A stretch of DNA of 64,000 nucleotides from Okamejei kenojei (taxonomy: Eukaryota): assembly GCA_035221665.1 (NCBI GenBank), contig CM069155.1, positions 34,906,001-34,970,000 of the forward strand, given 5' to 3'. The notes under the pieces were generated by a model, which saw only the letters and a program-made list of their open reading frames with translations, made no database searches and was not told the DNA's origin. Every line of letters starts with the position of its first letter. Positions within the stretch are counted from its first letter, which is position 1. The translations under genes and the position numbers were made by a program. Positions 62,587 through 64,000 of the stretch are shown here, piece by piece.

Positions 62587-63426
62587 GTAAGGGGTCACTC
62601 AGTTCCCTCTTTGTTTGAATTGGACCCCCGTGTGTTCACACTGGGCAACATACCTGGGTCTCCATTCCTCCTTGATGTTTCAGGCCTCTCCTTTAAGGAA
62701 TTGGGGCTGACTGGGGGATTCCCAGAGGCTTACAGCCGTATTGTAGTGGCAGCTATTATGCAAAGATTATTTTATATTGTCTTTGTTAAATATTTAAACT
62801 AAATTACATTCCCAGTAATCTTTGGCACCATTCCCAGGATATTCTGGAGCTTCAGTATCGGAATCAGTGATCCAATCTCCAGTAATCCCTCCTCTCTCCC
62901 ATATCTACAATTCTGCTGGTAATTTAGTCTTAGTTCAGAGAGACAGCACGAAAACAGGCCCTTCGGCCCACCTAGTCCACCCCAACCAGCGATCCCCACA
63001 CACTAGCACCATCCTACACACTAGGGACAATTTACAATCTTTAAAGAAGCCAATTAGCCTACAAACCTGTACGTTTTTGGCACGTGGGAGGAAACCGGAG
63101 CCCCCGGAGAAAACCTACGTGGTCATGTCATAAGGAATAGAGTAGAATTAGGCCATTTGGCCCATCAGTCACGGCTGATCTATCTCTCCTAACCCCATTT
63201 TCCTGCCTTCTTCACATAACCTCTGACACCAGTGCACAGAGAGAACGTACTCACAGAACCTGCACACAGAGCGGTCGGTCACAGAGAGAACATACAAACT
63301 CAGTATTCAGGAAACCCAGTAAAAAGTAATTGTTGTCTGCTTCTTATGATAAATGACCTGGAGTGGTCGGTAAATTCCTCCAATCAAGAAATGAAACTGA
63401 GATGAGAATGGACAGGGAATCACATT

Positions 63427-63737
63427 GGCACGGTAGCGCAGCGGGTAGAGTCGCTGCCTTTCAGAGCTTGCAGCGCCGGAGACCCGGGTTCGATCCCGAC
63501 TAGGGGCGCTGTCTGTACAGCGTTTGTACGTTCTCCCCGTGACCGCGTGGGTTTTCTCCGAGAAGTTCGGTTTCCTCCCACACTCCAAAGACGTGCAGCT
63601 TTGCAGGTTAATTGGCTTGGCATAAGAGTAAATTGTCCCTAGTGTGAGTGGAATAGTGTTGGTGTCCGGGGATCGGTGGTCAGTGCGGACCCGTTGGGCC
63701 GGTGGCTTGTTTCCGTGCTGCATCTCTAAAGTAAACT
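63427..63737 (+). mobile_element. V-SINE (HE1-like)
   Basis: Full head (GGTTCGATCC), V-domain and tail. Confidence 0.85.
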
Positions 63738-63816
63738 GAGCAGCGGAGGAGGGTTTGAGTGTTGCAGTTATGTACTCAATCACTTAATGACAGACCTGGT
63801 GTCCTTGTTTCTCCAG

Positions 63817-63948
63817 ATACGTCCATTATTCTACCTGAGTTTGAACGACCTGTTGCTGGGGTTTTGTTGGTTGACTGGACTTCTGTTCTACGGAGAGTCG
63901 TTCAGTGCTCGGAACATTGCCTGCTACAACGTCCAAGTGCTGGCTCAG
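63817..63948 (+). CDS. TMEM116: TMEM116 coding exon ending at a GC donor; gene continues beyond the window
   Basis: ctccag|ATA. IRPLFYLSLNDLLLGFCWLTGLLFYGESFSARNIACYNVQVLAQ|gcaagt, similar to recalled IRPLFYLSFCDLLLGLCWL...CYNLQAVGQ. Confidence 0.9.
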
Positions 63949-64000
63949 GCAAGTGCTCTGAAGGCAAATGGCGTTAGCGTGGGAGAGGAGGGGAGTGTTG

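Overview
Eukaryotic, intron-rich vertebrate DNA, most likely a cartilaginous fish (skate/ray-like, inferred from HE1/V-SINE and HER1/CR1-type repeats). It holds three spliced genes in the arrangement I recall from human 12q24.13. NAA25 (NatB auxiliary subunit) contributes its last 13 coding exons on + (87-27939). ERP29 is complete, with 3 coding exons on - (50329-40687, 255 aa, C-terminal REDL). TMEM116 contributes its first 4 coding exons on + (55020-63948), the last ending at a GC donor. Introns and intergenic DNA are packed with mobile elements: V-SINEs, CR1, L2 and Rex1 LINE fragments, three IR/DR Tc1 copies, a hAT element, PIF/Harbinger-like MITEs and solo LTRs. There is also a very abundant Penelope-like (GIY-YIG) family whose short, often palindromic derivatives carry a minimal hammerhead-ribozyme-like core and 10-15 bp target duplications. 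Most ORF-track entries are spurious. All calls come from manual reading and recalled protein sequences, with no database searches.
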